DNA from: Blasia pusilla
Lineage: Eukaryota
Direction: 5' to 3'
Length of the DNA stretch: 64,000 bases
Assembly: GCA_050084515.1 (NCBI GenBank)
Contig: CM114271.1
Span: 19,096,001 to 19,160,000 of the forward strand
The notes under the pieces are model-generated. The model had not been told where the DNA came from, ran no database searches, and saw only the letters and a list, made by a program, of their open reading frames with translations. Made by a program: the position numbers and the translations under genes. Shown piece after piece: positions 61,299 to 64,000 of the stretch; within the stretch, counting starts at the first letter, position 1, and each line of letters starts with the position of its first letter.

Positions 61299-64000
61299 GT
61301 CGGCCTATCCATCCAATTGCCATACATATCCTTCTTTGCCGGCATGACTATGGCAGATGCATACTCCCCATGTGATAACTCCACAAGTCCTGACTCTTGC
61401 TCTGAATCAAGGCTCGCTCCATATCAAAATACCTGTAGGATCGAAGAAAGATTGGCGTATCACTAGCCAACTCAATCCGTATCGCGGGACCCTTCAGCAT
61501 ACCCAAGTCTCTCATACTGAAGGCAAAACAACTCACATGCCCTCTCAAAAACCTATGAACTTGCCGTCGCTCTCCTCCTATCAACTTGAGACCTTATCAC
61601 AGGCTCCCAAGTCTCCATCGTGACCTCACTCGGAGAGGACGCAACCTCCGGCTTTGGTTGCTATGTAGCAACCCTAGCCACCTCCGCAACAACCACTCCA
61701 CTCTGACCTCCTACACCATGCTCCACATCCAAAAAATGAACATGTGCTACTCTGGCCGCCTTCGCACTCTCTCCTCGAACGACATCCCAAGAAGTCCATG
61801 GGTGCCTATCTCTCCTCGTCTTGCCCCCAACCAATGCCTGTACAGACCCTGTAGGCAATGGTCTAACTCATGGACGTGACGGCATGGGTGACACTTGCAT
61901 CCGTCTCTGCTCAGCCATACCTAGGCTGACTATCCATGTGAGACAGTTGAGGTCCATTACCTACCCCAACATCTGTCTCCGGGATGCCTCAAACATCCCT
62001 GGCACCGCCCTAGTACCCGTAGCAAACCCCATGGTGCGGTCGCGCTCATTTGCTGTAGGCTCCTCCAATGCTCCGGTCACCTCATCCCAAATCATGCTTG
62101 GCCCTCCCTGACAAAAGGCATGGGATGTTGGGAAGCTCACCATCGTAGGTAAGGCTTCCCTCAACTCCCCCACCCTATTGGCCATCGCCAACGGTGGTCT
62201 ATCATCCCGTGTCACCACCTGAGATTGATGCCTTGAGCCCAAAATAGCATCCACTGTGAGATGTGGTGCTCTTTGACTCCATCGTATGCTCGACTTAGTT
62301 ACTCTGATGGTATTAGGTTTGTCCACCATAGTCGTGGACGATGAGCACGTGATCCAACTCTCGCTGCATCTAACAACACAGCAAGTCCCAACCAAGACCT
62401 CACCTGATGCACACTCGTCATCACACGTGCACGAGTGTCTCCCAACAACGGCACGTTCTCCAAAATGTACGTTGGAGAACATGTATGACTCTCCTGCAAG
62501 TGTCGTACTACTCGTAGCATCTCCCAAAACATCCCTGACCTCCGATCCTGCAATCCAAGTCCTCGGCCAGTTGATGAATGACCCTAACATGGCCATCCAG
62601 CAATCACCAAATGAATGGTGCCAACTCTATCCAAATCTTGCGCCCCCATCAAAGAAATGTTGGCGGGTAGTGTATGCTCATATCTCCGTACTGTCAGATG
62701 CCGACAACAACTCAAGATACCTCTGGACCAATCTTGCCACGTGACGTAATGATACTCACCGCGCGGTCTCATCTCTCTCCACATAAAGGTACTGATGCAC
62801 CTATATGCCGCCTGCAATACTGCAGCCAATCCGGTGCTAATTCCTCCAAAGAGATCTAACACCCTAATACCCTCCTCTTGGCACTGCCACACAACATGTG
62901 TGATATCCAGTGGGGTCAGCATCTCCACTCCAAGAGCTCGATCACCACGTGACTCTCGCTGCTCTGGGATAAAAGCATGACTCCACGCCTGCCTCACGAG
63001 GTCGTCGACACTCCTCTGTAGCTCTCGAGTCGTACCCCACGATGGTGAAGAGGTCTCGCCAACATGGGAAGAGACACCCGCCAAGGCATGTCTCTCTATG
63101 GGACTATCCGCTACTGGGACATGCTCCGCATGTGCATTCCCCTCCAACAACTCTCCTGGCCAGCTAACACTACGTGTAAAAGCTGCCAACGTGGTCATAG
63201 ACTTGCCTCGTGATCGACCACCTCGTCCCGCAAACTGCACGGGTAACCGACTAATCTGTCCTTTACCTGACCGCCACCCTGGCCGATAAGCAACGGTCTC
63301 CTCCTAAGTCGAGGATGAATCCTAGGGGATATAACACTGTACTCCCCACCAACACATCGTACGACTCAGCTGGTGTCGTAATCGCACGTGTGCGCACCAT
63401 AGCACTATCCGTCGCATGCTCTGGCTAGACTCGAATAACTATCTCCTGTCGAGTCATATACTGCGTGGGTGAAACGCCCCCAATCAAGGTCTGTATCTAA
63501 AAGGGACAAGGCTCAATGTCGGCCTTCCGTAACCCCAACGTTAAACAGGCCGCCTTCCCTAACATCAAGGGTTGCACTCCCGAATCAAGTAGGATGCGCA
63601 GTGGGTGGTATACTGTCCCCGTGGGACTAACCAAGCGAAATACTCTAGCTCGGTTATCCAGTCACACTACTCCAAGTGTCACCACTGCTCGCTCTATGGC
63701 CGGTCGAGCTGGCATATCTACCAACTCGCCGTCATGCCATGACTCTGTGGGGAAAATGGCTCGAGTGCAAGTCCACCACCTCCTCAACTACCTCTCGAAC
63801 AAGAAGCGCTTATCTCTCCACGCCACACAACCTGGCGGGGCTAGAACACCTCAGCTGGTCCAACTCCCAACGTCGCCAACTGTATGGCGAAAAAATAGTG
63901 GAGTGTGACTCACTCTCGTGGCCACCTCCAACACTATGGTCGACACTGACTCCACTTGAGCCGGCATAGGAGTTGTCACTCCAACTCCTCGTGACGTCGA
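61299..64000 (-). mobile_element. Fragment of a Ty3/gypsy element with the order protease, C5 DNA methyltransferase, RT N-terminus; runs off the window end
   Basis: Protease ILLDSGVQPLMLGK (~63555-63600). Methyltransferase at 61925-62875. RT start FAFSMRDLG..IRIEL..TPIF..YR..GLVELSHGEYASAIVMPAKKD (61310-61560). Confidence 0.88.
61925..62875 (-). pseudogene. Retrotransposon-encoded C5 cytosine DNA methyltransferase (DNMT3-like), disrupted
   Basis: Motif I IRVLDLFGGISTG, IV IAGWPC*G, V DRRSGMFWE, VI YILENV, VIII LDAARVGSRAHRPRLWWTN, IX EPTANERDRTMGF and X RRQMLG*VMDLN, in canonical order. Confidence 0.9.

Overview
Plant nuclear DNA that is mostly nested, decayed transposons around one intact three-exon alpha-expansin gene (40857-42987). 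The lineage is not determined; the repeat types suggest a non-seed plant. From left to right: (1) a ~10.2-kb Ty3/gypsy-type element (204-10408) bounded by ~1.27-kb long terminal INVERTED repeats with a perfect 5-bp TSD (AGATA), a tRNA-Asp PBS and an 89-bp internal complementary copy, inserted in a decayed CACTA (Tnp2) transposase; (2) a decayed ORF region with a RING-like motif; (3) a possible giant Helitron-like segment (16309 to ~37723) with two satellites built on GGAACTNNAGTTCC palindromes, decayed coding sequence, and a solo LTR that holds a nested chromovirus; (4) the expansin gene and unique intergenic DNA; (5) a + strand gypsy element (55050-61298) with a -1 frameshift signal after protease, joined to a - strand gypsy fragment whose polyprotein carries a C5 cytosine methyltransferase between protease and RT. 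Two unrelated gypsy families share a pair of small paralogous ORFs upstream of gag. The best novelty candidates are the inverted-LTR retroelement, the methyltransferase-carrying retroelement and the shared ORF pair. All alignments were made by eye; no searches were run.
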